Source of the DNA: Callorhinchus milii | Taxonomy: Eukaryota | DNA: 64,000 nucleotides | NCBI RefSeq assembly: GCF_018977255.1 | Contig: NW_024704742.1 | Location: forward strand, 106,456,001-106,520,000 | Direction of reading: 5' to 3' | In this document: one piece after another, positions 52,170-64,000 of the stretch | Layout of the letters: the number at the start of each line of letters is the position of its first letter | Numbering within the stretch: the stretch's first letter is position 1 | Made by a program: the position numbers and the translations under genes | The notes under the pieces: model-generated | Database searches by the model: none | What the model saw: the letters and a program-made list of their open reading frames with translations, nothing else | What the model was told of the DNA's origin: nothing

Positions 52170-52488
52170 CCTCACCACAGCCAAGTTGCACACAGCAATG
52201 TCCACAAATAGCCATGGAGTGAGTGATTAATTTTTTGGGAAATTGTTGGCCAGGAGACCAGGAGAAACTCCCTTCTCTTTTCGAATAGTACAATGGGATC
52301 TTTAACATCCACCTAAACAGGTAGTTTAGCGACTTTATCTGAAGGGTGATACCTCTGATACTGCAACATACCCCGAGCACTGCATTGGAGTGTCATCTAA
52401 GATAATGTGATTCCAAGTTGAAATGTTGGGCTTGAACCCACAACCTCTGACTCAGAGGCGAGAGTGATATCACTGAGCCAGGCTGACT
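52170..52488 (-). mobile_element. Ancient DeuSINE, head to core
   Basis: Reverse complement of the 8067-8420 pattern. Confidence 0.85.
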
Positions 52489-52564
52489 CTTTTCTGGTCT
52501 TGTTGGTGCTTTCTTGGATCCTTGCACTCTCGATTTAGGTGTATGCCCTATTTTTTGGCCTGTA

Positions 52565-52715
52565 ATAGTTGCAATGGGTAATTATGATGTGCCCGGAATC
52601 ACAGAGACATGGCTAAACCAGGATGATGGAAGTGAATATAATAAGGAAATAGGTTATTCAGGAAAGATCGGAGAGATAAGAAAGTGGAGGAGTTTCTATG
52701 TATGTAAGGGAAGTT
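52565..52715 (+). mobile_element. CR1 endonuclease N-terminal fragment
   Basis: YDVPGITETWL motif (ORF 52514-52717). Confidence 0.65.
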
Positions 52716-53429
52716 AATAATAATAATAATCCTTGTTTATCAATGTAGGAATTATTTTATTATTATGAAAGATTGACCATCGTATTGAATACATAAAGAA
52801 ACAGATACCATCCATACCAATTATGTGTGCATTTGCTAAATGCACATGCTATTAGTTAAGGAACAGCTGTTTCCCAGTAAGGCTACCATGCACTCTGAGT
52901 ATTCATTAACTCATTGTAGATAAAGCTGAATATTATAAAGGTACAATTAAGTATCAAATTATCACTGCCCATTGCTTTCTTGGAAATCTGCATCTCTGCA
53001 TTATTTTCACATAATTGACAATTTTTATAATATTATTTTTAGTTCTGACACTTTTGCTGTTTGCAAACAGCACCACTATCTTGCTAAACTGTTGAAGTTG
53101 TCTTTTAAGAAGTTACAAAAGAAAGCAAAAACAGGCAGATAATATATTTCAGGGCAATGAATAATTAAAAGACTAGTCACTGAATTTTACTGTTGGATAA
53201 TAGAGCAAATTGGAATAGGCCATTAACATTGAATTACAAAGGGTATTTCATGCATAAACCTAGCAAGCAGGTTAAATAGATAATAGTGGATACCTGGTAG
53301 TGCTTATATAGTGAATAATGAGGGAGTTTAACAGTTTGTAATCTAATTCTGGGGTTTAGAAGACATGGAGACATGGGAAAATGTGCTATTTAGAACTGTT
53401 ATTTGAACACCAAGAATAGACAACTCCAT

Positions 53430-53588
53430 AACTATTTGCAAGACACTGCTGTGCGTAATTGGCTGCCACATTTCACCCACAAAATATACTGTCAATTTAC
53501 TTTACAGTATATTCTGTGAAGCCCTTTGAAACATTTTGAAGACGTGATAAGGCGCTATATCAAATGCAAGGTTATTATTATTATTATC
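53430..53588 (+). mobile_element. 5'-truncated SINE
   Basis: Deu 3' core, TTGAA-loop tail, (ATT)n. Confidence 0.85.
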
Positions 53589-54078
53589 CTCACTTTTTTT
53601 GGTCAGCCGAGTGGCTGATGCACGGAGAAACACATCACCATGTTTAAGAGTATGTAAACTTATCTCATAAAATCAACTGTTATCTATTATTCTTTATCTT
53701 TATAGTTAATTTTCTGGGTGTTGTTTGCATCAGTTCTAACATGGCAATGGGTATCACTGAAGGCTATTGGTGTGTTCCACGCCATCGGTGCTTGAGAATA
53801 TTCATTGTTTATTACTGCAAGTTACTGGAAATAATTTTACTTCATAAAAGGGAAGTGCTTTTGGCACTATGTTAAATGCAGGAGTTATTACGTACCATGT
53901 AACTGCACCCAGAACCTTAAAGGCAATCAAACGGTTTTCTTGATAGCTAGAGTGTAAGGTGAAATATATAGCACTGTATTAACATAACTGGAAAGCTCAG
54001 TGAAGACATTGAGAGATGGAGTGTTTTATGCAGTTGAGGCATCATAATATTCCCATTGAAAAATTAATGATGGTGCTA

Positions 54079-54534
54079 TAATCACCACATGTTTATGGTG
54101 GGGTATTGTGTGGTTAATTACCATAAAATAACTCAACAGTGTTTTAATGGCTTAAATGGGATGGAAAAAGTTATCCCAGAACAATATTTTCAGATATGCC
54201 AAGGATGCACTACAAGTGGGCACAGGTAAGAAACTTAGGGGTGTGAAGAATAATTTTAGGACATACACCAGATTGATAACAACTGGAACGGGTTATCATG
54301 AAGGGTGGTAGAGGCCAGGACACTGGACTAATTTTAAAAAATAATTTGATGCTGTAAAAAATGATAGGTGGACATTCTGCAAGGGTTAGATTAAATAGGC
54401 TGAAAATCTTTTTTCATCCCTCCTCTTGTAAATAGTAGAGTTGAGGATAATTGAGCATTCTTCACTTAAAACACTGTTGTGTTATTTTATGGTAATTAAC
54501 CACACATTACCCCACCACAAACATGCAGTGATTA
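54079..54534. repeat. 69-bp inverted repeat with 318-bp spacer
   Basis: Arms 54079-54147 and 54466-54534 are reverse complements with 5 mismatches by eye. Confidence 0.92.
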
Positions 54535-54629
54535 CAGATAGATTAAGACTGAGCATAGAGAGGTACTGCGTTAAAATACCAGGTTAGTCACTCAAGAGTA
54601 TCCTATTGGCAGTCATCAGTTGAGATACC

Positions 54630-54800
54630 ACACTCAATCCACGACTGGTTGTGGGACACTGCTCTGCGCAATTGGTTGCCGCATTTCGCCCACAATATAT
54701 ACAATCAATTAACTTTACAGTATATTCTGTGAAGTGCTTTGTGATGTCTCAAAGATGTGATAAGGTGCTGTATCAAATGCAAGGAAGATTATTATTATTA
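54630..54800 (+). mobile_element. 5'-truncated SINE
   Basis: Deu 3' core and tail. Confidence 0.85.
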
Positions 54801-57440
54801 GTGTTCAGATGCTCCTCAATTTCAACTGTTCCCCTCACAGCAGCAGTTTGAAATTTTAATTTGCAAATACATGCCCACAAGCCATCCCTGTTTCTTATGT
54901 TTCCCTCTTCTCAAATCCACTGATTTTTATTGCTCCAAACTGATAAGCAGTCTCCAGTATATCATCCAAGTGGCTATCATATATATATATATTGTATACT
55001 TACATATATATAAGGCAGGCTGACTGGTCTGTCGTCAACAGTGCAGAACCACCTGGGTCAGGAATTGAACCACTGAGGTTCACCATGGAGGAATTACTTT
55101 TTTAATTAATTCCATAACATATAACCTTTAGTATTCTAACACTATGAAGCATTTGTGAGACATATTGAATTATTGGGTCCAGTTTGGTCCCTGTGCTGAA
55201 TGAAAGGATGTGGGGTTGAAAACTGTGAACACCAAATGATGCATTCTGCACTTCATACTAGAAAGTGAAAAAGATCCACTGAGAAGGTAAGAAATATTGT
55301 TTAAGTTTTAGAAGAGAGGCTAAGGCATCTCCATCTACAATCATTGGGTTCTCATGAACAACCTTCTAGGATGTGCTGTTTGACCGACAGAGCCAGGTTA
55401 TTGCACTTTAAGTAGAGCCAAGGGAAACATTCTCATTATTCAGCAAACCATTGTTAACAAAGAAAAAACAAAATCAACACAGGATACAGATGTTCACACT
55501 CAGTTTTTGATTTTGTAATTTCCTAGCTTAGCAATTTTTAATACTACTGTACAACAAAACGCCCACTTGAGACAGCGTAGCCTGAGCTTATCTTTACTCC
55601 TTGAGTTTCAGTTACTAAAATAGGCCAACATGTGTAAAGCACTTGTACAAATGTCTTTGTGTTACTCCTATAGAAAACTAATTCAGGCTCTCGTAGTTTT
55701 ATCCGCATGGCCTTCAGTCAATACCGTTCCTTTCTTCATAGTTGTATGCTTTCCTTTTGTTCAAGGTCTATTGGGTCTTTAAATATTGAAACAATAAAGA
55801 ACCCCTCAAAGCAACTGGTTATTAGTTTGAACCTAAATAACTTTTTACTTGCTTGCCTGCCGTTATTCCCTGCCGACTTTCTTGTTTTCCCTTGGCATAT
55901 TTTAAACAATCTTAAAGGAGATTATCCTGTCATGTGAGAACTTCACTGGAGGGGTTACAGGACTGTGCGAAAGAACTGTAATGCGCACGGTTTATAAAGG
56001 CATACAAAATATGTGGGAAAATGAGTCATTGCTCCCTTATTGAAAATAACAACAAGGAAACTGACTGAGCATGCATGAGAAACTACCCTTTCATCCTACC
56101 AAAGTGACCCCTTTCGCGTGTTGAATTGGCCAACAACCACAGATGGCAATGTTGGAGAAGTAACAGTCAATGTAAAGTGCACTTAATTATGAAATATTTG
56201 AATGTTCAAAGCTCTGCAATCCTTTAGTAAAGGTTAGCAGTGATATGCAGCCTCAGCACCAAGCACCTATCATACGTCTGTAAGAATACCAAATATGATG
56301 AGTCCACAAAGAATGACAGCGTCATTCGGACGTCTAACTGCAGTGATAGAGTGGACTGAAATCAAGAGGTCTTGGGTCAAGTAATTTGTACTTTGCTGAT
56401 GCTAAACACTAACTGTAGGTCAAACAACCAAGTGCCTGGGAAGTGCTCAAATAAATATACCAGTCTGAGTTTGTAGCATGTGGTCTATTGATAAATTAGA
56501 AAGAGATTACAATGTTTCAAATTCTAGAGAACTCCAAACCCTCCTTGCCAGGAATCCAGTAATTAATGCACAGTAATTAATACCGTTATAATCAGCCAAT
56601 GCAAGTGATGCAGAGAAACCCATTCTTCTTTGGAAAGAATAATATTTTTCGACAGAGCTGCTCTAATTCAAAAATGCAGATGTATGAATTTTGCCTTTCT
56701 GTCATTATAGTTTAATCCTAGTTTCATACATTATTAGGAATTGGCCACTATCAGGATTTTTTTAATTAATTGGATTTTAATTGGAATAATTTGTGTATCG
56801 TTTGGAAATCGAATTTAAGAAGTGACAATGAGAGTAATATTGTCTTCAAGCAGTAATTATTGGATTTTCGAAAAACCGATTCCAGTGCACCCTGAGGTAA
56901 TTTCTAAATTCCACACTGGATTAATAAAAAAACTCTCACATACTGCTTTCCTTTCCTGCAGTGTAGTAGAAACCTATTCTTAGGTCATTTCTGCCATTAG
57001 TATTCAAATCATGTGTGGTGTGCATGTGCAATAAGTTATCGGAGTTCAGAACCAGGAGACACAGCGCTTGAGATTTAGTAATATTTTCGGTTTAACTTCA
57101 TTATTTGGTGAATGTATTCATAAAAAAAATCAATTGCTCCACCTGGAAGAAGCTGATGTTTCCAATCATTTTTGGCATCTGTCGCTGGTTTTGGTCATGT
57201 GACAGGAAAAGGAGTCGGGATGTTTGGGGCATGTAAGAGCAGATAGGATATAATCTGGTTATTGGGAGTAAAGTAGCAAAGAATGGAATGTGAGTTGTTA
57301 CTGTTGGATTCAGTACAGGAGTCAGCAATGAACAGAGGAATGTGAAGAAACAAGGGTAAAATTTGCAGTGTTCCTGAACAAATTCAGTTCCTTATTTAAG
57401 GAATGCTGTAAACAATATCAGCATGTTGTCTCTATCTACC

Positions 57441-57791
57441 GGAGTCCTACAGCTCAGTAGTTAAAGCACTTGCCTCGCAAGCGAGAGACCGAGGTTCTAT
57501 TCCGGGCAGGGCAAAATGTTGTTCAAGTTTCCTTACTCCACACGCCTGTTTACCTAGCAATAAGTGGGAACCTGGTCGTTAGTTGATTGGCAGATCGCTT
57601 TCCGGGGATAATAATCCCTTAAAAAAAATAATGATAATTTGACTGTTTGTGGGACACTGCTGTGCACAATTGATTGCAGTTTCTATTATAAAAAATATAC
57701 AGTCAATTCACTTTACAGTATATTCTGTGAAGCGCTTTGAGATGTCTAGAAGACGTGAAAACTGCTATATCAAATGCAAGGATTATTATTA
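57441..57791 (+). mobile_element. SINE, long form
   Basis: CGC anticodon loop, extra central domain, TAGAA tail loop. Confidence 0.93.
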
Positions 57792-58343
57792 TCTCCAGCG
57801 AAATTGTTTATTTCACTCAGGGTGTTAGCAGCACTATATTTTTACTTTGACTTACTTTCCTTATTTTTTATTTCCTCTGTCAGGTTGGCTGAGATCATTG
57901 AGATGCTGGCCATTTGTTTTTGTTTAGTCCCTGAAGCTGCTTATCAATCATCAATGGGAATTTGACTATGATGATATCAGTATGTCTCCCAGTGAAGAGA
58001 TGTTGGTAGATGGTCATCTGTTATTGACAAGGGGTAATAATCATCAACAGTTTCTTCCACTAAAGGAGCTGATAATTGTTAACACATACATAAAGAGGGT
58101 AATCTCACCTTGTTGGTAAATTTACCAATTGTTCATTCACTCCATGGCAGCTTTGCCGAAATTGGATGCTATGTTCACCCACAAAATATACAGTCGCACC
58201 CTGAGAAGCACTTGAGATACCTCCACAACATGAAAAGAACTATATCAAATGCAAGGATTATTGCATTATTATAAAGTATTTTCTGATTGTGAATTAATTT
58301 ACTAACCTAGACAGAGTATGTTTAAAATGTGTTTCCCTACTAT

Positions 58344-58793
58344 GGAGTCCTGTAGTTCAGTGGTTAGAGCACTTGCCTCGCAAGTGAGAGACCTGGGTTC
58401 GATCCCCAGCAGGGCGAAATGTTGGGCAAGTTTCCTTACTCTACATGCCTCCGTTTACCTAGCAGTAAGTAGGAACCCGGTTGTTAGTCGATTGGCAGAT
58501 CGCTTTTCCAGGGAGTATAATCCTTCAAAAAACCCCAAAAAACAATAATAATTTGGTCACTCAATCCACGAGTGTTTGTGAGATGCTGCTGTACCCAATT
58601 GGCTGTTGTGTTTCGCTCACAAATATACAGTCAATCCACTTTACAGTATATTCTGTGAAGCGCTTTGAGACATCTAGAACAACAACAATAACAAGATTAC
58701 ATTTGTATAGCGCCTTTCACGTCGGGAGGACTTCCCAAGGCACTGAAGATGTGAAAAGTGCTATATCAAATGCAAGGATTATTATTATTATTA
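58344..58793 (+). mobile_element. SINE, long form, with nested antisense L2 tail (58680-58744)
   Basis: Complete head, extra domain and core; tail split by insertion. Confidence 0.94.
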
Positions 58794-59859
58794 TAAACTT
58801 ACACTGCCAAGGTCAGAGAATCACCCCAAATAATGAGCCTGTGGGACATGGATAACAAGAGGCAAGGTTAGTGAACATTTCTCTACATAGTATATTCCAA
58901 ATCTTGGCTATGCCATGAGGAAGCAGGTGCAGATTCGAGGCCTCCCATTTCTCACGGGAGCACACAACAACTGTCAGACTACTCTAAACAGTCAGCTCAA
59001 GACTGACATTGGCAAAGACATAGAACAGTGAATCTGGTCTCTCTCAGTATGGGGTCAGCACACAACCAAACTGATTCCAAGACCTATCTTGCAAACAATT
59101 AATGATGGAGGTATTAAATTCATCAATAAGTGAAGAAAAATACTGCAGCTTTATGTATTAATATTCAAAGCCCCAAGATGTATTTCGGCTTTGAGATGCA
59201 CTAATGTGGTTCTGTTATTCATTGGAGTTAGTCAGAAGTATAGGAATCAATGGAATTGACTGTTAATGAGTGGTCTACCATGTGAGATGAGCATTTTTTT
59301 ATTCTGATGTTTTAGGACTCACAGAATTTACCCGTTAGTTAACAAGTGGCTTTAATGACACATTGTGATTGTACTTTCTATTACCTTTTGTGTCATTGAA
59401 CTTAAATATGATTCAAATGAATAAAAACAAAGTCGAGGGTTTGCTATTCAGAGTGCTTATCACATATTTACCTCACATCCATAAGGCTTACAGGAAGTCC
59501 ACTGGTTGTCTCTCTAGATTCTGAATTTGTCTCCTCAATGACACCAAATACGCAGAAAGCCTTGATCAGACATCAGTTGTCAACTGCATACAGCTTGCTC
59601 AGCTGCCATCATTCTGCTGTATAGGTCAGTCTTCAGACACAAAACAAAGTGTCTGTGCTGTGAGTCAACTCGGCATAATATTAGTTTGCACCTTCCTCAG
59701 AATACTCATTGAATTTTAAAAAGAAAAAAATGTTTTTTATAGGATCTTTTAAAGCTGATTATACAGGACTAGGTGGCTCAGTGGACTGGGACTCCTTGTG
59801 TTGACCTCTGAATCTGGTTTGAATCGCACAATGATAGACAGGGTGAACTCTCTATCTCT

Positions 59860-60245
59860 GATAGTTTTGATGTCCAGGTCGAATTATTCCAACTCCCTGC
59901 TCGCTGCACTCCCCAGCTCCTCCTTACACAAGGTGCAAACTATTCGGAACTATGCAGCCTGTGTCCTCTCCTGCACCAGGCTCCGTGATCTTATCACCTC
60001 CATCCTCGCTTCGCTCCAGTAGCTTTCCATCCCTCAGCAGATCAAATTCAAGATCCTCTTCCTCATCTTCAAATCCCTCCACTGCTTTGTCACACCTTAC
60101 CTCTGTAACCTACTATGAATCCACTGATCTAGCTATTTCAATGAACAAACACCAGCCTACTTCACTTTCCCCACCCGACCTGTCCCAAGCTTTCAGACAT
60201 TCTGTTCGCTATTTTCTGAAGCTCCATCCCGGAGTCCCTCTGCTC
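59860..60245 (+). mobile_element. L2 ORF2 3' fragment
   Basis: SRSNYSNSLLAALPSSSLHKVQTIRNYAA. Confidence 0.85.
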
Positions 60246-60410
60246 CCCCCCACCACCACTGGGATGGAGCTCCAGAAAACGGGGACAGAATGACTGAAAG
60301 CTTGGAGGGAGGGACTTAACTTTATGACTGTGCTTTCGATCATTTTTGTGCTTTGGTCCCACATATCTTGGCTTCCACCTCCAGCTCAAATGTAAAGCCA
60401 GTATTGCTGT

Positions 60411-60759
60411 GGAATCCCATAGCATAGTGGTTAGCACACTTGGCTCATAAAGCGAGAAGACCCTGGTTTGAATCGTGGGCCCGGCAAAACATTAGACAAG
60501 TTTCCCTTACTCCACACACCTGTGTTTACCTAGCAGTAGGTAGGAACCTGGTTGTTAATCAATTAGCAAATCACTTTCCATGGAATGAAATAACTATTTG
60601 TTCATTCAATCCATGATTGCTGGACATGCCTGTGTGCAATTTGCTTTCGCCGACAAAATACGCAGTCAATCCACTTTGTAGTGTATTCTGTAAAGCGCTT
60701 TGAGACCTCTCAATGATGTGATAAGGCGCTATATCAAATGCAAGGATTATTATTTATTA
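60411..60759 (+). mobile_element. SINE, long form, older and more diverged; followed by L2 tail 60765-60830
   Basis: Head, gtttacctagcagtagg domain, tail. Confidence 0.88.
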
Positions 60760-61889
60760 CTATAAGGCCCATGGGACATCCTCCTGATGTGAAAGGTGCT
60801 ATATACCTTGAAAATGTAAATTTCTATTGTAATTTGTATTACATCTTTTAGCTTTTCTGCTTTTATCATTGAGGCAGGAAAACCTTCCCTTCCACCCATT
60901 CATATCACCACACCCCCTGCTCACACAATCTTTGATGCGTACAGGAGAGCACCTAACTAGCAGCTGGAGAACTTATTGATGTAAAAGTGTGCATTTAAAT
61001 CAGTTACTTTAAATCACTCCCTGAGGTCAGTTGCAAGTACAATGACTTTTCATGAATACAAATGAGGTATTTTTATGATATAACCACTCGCAATACTTTT
61101 TTTTCAAAGCCTTCCCAGCAGAAATGTACAAAAATAACAAAGAATAATGGACAGAGATGGAAAGATTACAAGGCAGTAATCTAATCAAGGTGTTGAAGTA
61201 GTATTTTAATGCCATTTGATTCTTCTCATCTAAAGCTCAAGATTTTATAACAACCTTGAAATTACTACCTTCTAACTGTTGGTATAAATAACATATACGG
61301 GGCATTTAAGTCATGTCATTAGATGCCAGCGATATTCTATGCGAGGTATAGAATCAGGAGGCATGTTTGAGGTTAGCAGTTAGGAACACCATGGTTGTCT
61401 CATTTGAGTGGTAGAAGAGAAAGAGAGAAAATGTAGAAGAAAAAAGGAACAAACAAGCTTGCATTTATAGTGACTTTACCAAGTTGAAACTTCTCAAAGC
61501 GTTTTATAGTAATTTCTGTCAAGTGCAGTATACCTGAACACGGCAGCCATTCTGCACAAGGCAAATTCATTCGAACACCTGTGAGCTGACTGACCAACTA
61601 ATCTGGAGGAATATTGAGCAGAACCTGGGACAGATTCTCATTATATTCTGAATTACTTTGAGAAGTTCACTATTATGTGTTTTGTGTTTGCCTCTATAAA
61701 CTCCCAAAGTTCAAGCTCCAACTTGGCCTAGGAGAAAGGCAAGCTGACTTCAGGGGCAGTTCTAACACTATTACTGGTTCCAATATGCATGGAGGGTTCA
61801 AAGTATGCACCCAGAATTAATGAGTGAACCCAATCTCATCAGCAGTTATGTCTTTTGCTCCTACCCATCCTTCCATTTGCTTTCCACTA

Positions 61890-62005
61890 AATAGTAATAA
61901 TCCTTGCGTTTGATATAGCGCCTTATCACATCTTCGAGATGTCTCAAAACTTTTCACAGAATATACTATAAAGTGAATTGACTGCATATTTTGTGGGCAA
62001 AACCA
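61890..62005 (-). mobile_element. SINE tail fragment
   Basis: Reverse complement of tail with TCGAA loop. Confidence 0.85.
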
Positions 62006-63034
62006 CCAAATAGTAATCAACAGCTGAAAACCCAGTTAAATTTCACTCCAAATTGGTATCCTATGTGGGCTGCTGTATAAATGAAAGTTGTAATTTGTAA
62101 CCTCCTCCCTGACCATGGGTCACACTAAAGCAAATTGTTACACCCTACAGTCATCCAAGTTGAGATCAATTAACTCAGCACAAACCAAGAATCAAACCTG
62201 AGAACTTTTTATGTGGCTCAGTATGACAACTTCTGGTGTATTAATCAACTGAGCCATCAGCGGGAGTTATAAATAACTATTTTCTAAATAAAATTAACAA
62301 TTGAGTAAACTGTTTGCAGAGTACATCAACTCAATCTATAACATTGCACTACATGCAGTTAACCACATTAATAATGTAATACATAATTATTTGCCTAGTA
62401 ATGCTGGACAGGATAGATTAATGCTGTAAATTTACTTAACAATGTTATTATCAGGAAGGGATAGTATTGGTCTCTTATAATGAGCCTCCTTTCTCAGCTA
62501 TTCATTTCAATGTGTTTTAGTAGGAATAAAATGAATACATTTTCACTGGAAACCATGTCAATGACATGTGCAGTACTTGGTTGGAAGTTATCTGCTTATT
62601 ACTCTGCCATAACATTTCTGATAAGTGCCTCAAATATTCTCACAGTCCTCATTGTGCCTTGGGCCGACAGTACAGTTATTCTAATGTCCTGGCTAAGTAA
62701 TTGACTATTGATGTAAAGAACACAAGTCACCCTTGTCTGTGGCACATCTGAATAGCAGTGATGTCATGAAGAACAAATGGGTTTACCATCTATTAAGAAC
62801 GCTGGCTGACACATGAAAGCACGCATCGTGTTAGCCTCATCATCTCGACTACTGATGCACTGTGCCGTTAAACTGGGCTTTAGAATCAAATCCAGGTCTT
62901 GTCAAAATCAATGGATTTGATGGGCTGCTGCTGTGAAAAACAGGGGACAGCATTTGTAAAAAAACAAGAGCATAAAACAATTGGCAACCAACACATACAG
63001 AAAGCAGTTTAGAAACCAGCACATGTGATAGTCA

Positions 63035-63725
63035 CACAACAATAAAATTACATTTGTATAGTGCCTCTCATATCGGGAGAACGTCCCAAGGTGCTGGACA
63101 GTCAGTGTTTCGGAGCTGAGCTGGGGTTTGGGATCAGGGAGTGGGGAGGGCAGGGGGAGAAGCAGGATGATCAAAAGCACGGTCGAGGAGGAGGGTCTTG
63201 AGATGGATCTTGAAGAAGGCAAGGGAGGGGGTGAGGTGGAGGGTCTGTGGGATGGAGTTCCAGAGGGTGGGTGCAGAGTGGCTGAAGGCCTGCCTGCCAA
63301 TGGTGGGACAGCCGAGGTGGGGGACGTGAAGTAGGCCAGAGCCCGCTGAGTGGAGGGAGCGGCAGGTTGGTAGGAGGTAGGAGGTCAGAGGTAGGGGGAG
63401 CAAGGCCATGGAGGCTTTGCAGGTGAGAACCAGGATCTTGAACTGTATCCTCTGTGTGATAGGAAACCAATGGAGTTGGGCGAGGATGGGGGTGATGGGG
63501 TCACAGAGCCTGGTGTGGGAGAGGACATGGGTTGTAGAGTCCTGGATGACCTGAAGCCTATGGAGAGAGGAGTTGGGGAGGCCGACAAGCAGGAAGTTTG
63601 CGTAGTTGAACCTGGATGTTATGAATTCGTGTATGAAGGTCTCGGCAGCCTACGGTGTGAGACAGTGGCGGAGCTAGGCAATGTTGCGGATAGTGAGGCA
63701 AGGCAGAGCGGGTCATGGCATGGTA
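63035..63725 (-). mobile_element. L2 LINE 3' end
   Basis: APTLWNSIP...FKIHLKTLLLD; tail near 63035. Confidence 0.94.
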
Positions 63726-64000
63726 AAGAACTTTACTGCAAATTGCAGGGCTGCTCAGCAACCTGACTAGGAGAATAAATGAGAACACAAGTTTTTAATG
63801 GTAGTCTCCTGGCTGTCGCTTTATCATTCCAATGACTGGGATGCTACCCTGCGTGAGGGGCGCTATATAAATGCAAGTTGTTGTTGTTGACTGATAGATT
63901 TGTTGAATCAAAGATAATACCGGTCATATTTATTCCTAGAAATTATACCTACACAGCACAAACTAACACTGTACATTTGAAGGGCTGAAATTGCGAAAAC

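Noticed and set aside
56295..56362. Hammerhead ribozyme or SECIS reading of TGATGAGTCC...GGACTGAAA
   Set aside because: Lacks CTGANGA start and GAAA in register; helix too short for a SECIS
1..64000. CRISPR arrays, rRNA, operons, endogenous viral ORFs
   Set aside because: None seen; recurring motifs are dispersed SINE/LINE ends, not regularly spaced repeats

Overview
Eukaryotic, AT-rich, repeat-dense vertebrate DNA. The repeat content points to a cartilaginous fish, most likely a holocephalan (elephant shark/chimaera); this is inferred from recalled families, not a search. It contains tRNA-derived SINEs with Deu-domain sequence and (ATT)n tails, 5'-truncated L2 LINEs with (GTT)n tails, and CR1 LINE 3' ends. 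No complete or recognisable protein-coding gene is present, and nearly all supplied ORFs are retroelement fragments or chance frames. There is a good candidate exon or promoter at about 35.57-36.0 kb, a tentative chain of short phase-compatible + strand exons (3.2-17 kb), and several repeat-free motif-rich blocks that look like enhancers. The best-supported unusual signals concern retroelement biology and DNA repair. These are a modular age series of one SINE lineage, a shared SINE/L2 3' stem-loop with compensatory changes, tail-only insertions nested inside other tails, a templated inverted 25-nt insertion copied from 1 kb away, a 69-bp inverted repeat, and several local duplications. No prokaryotic-type systems (CRISPR, operons, rRNA) were seen. 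Coordinates of degenerate repeats are approximate.
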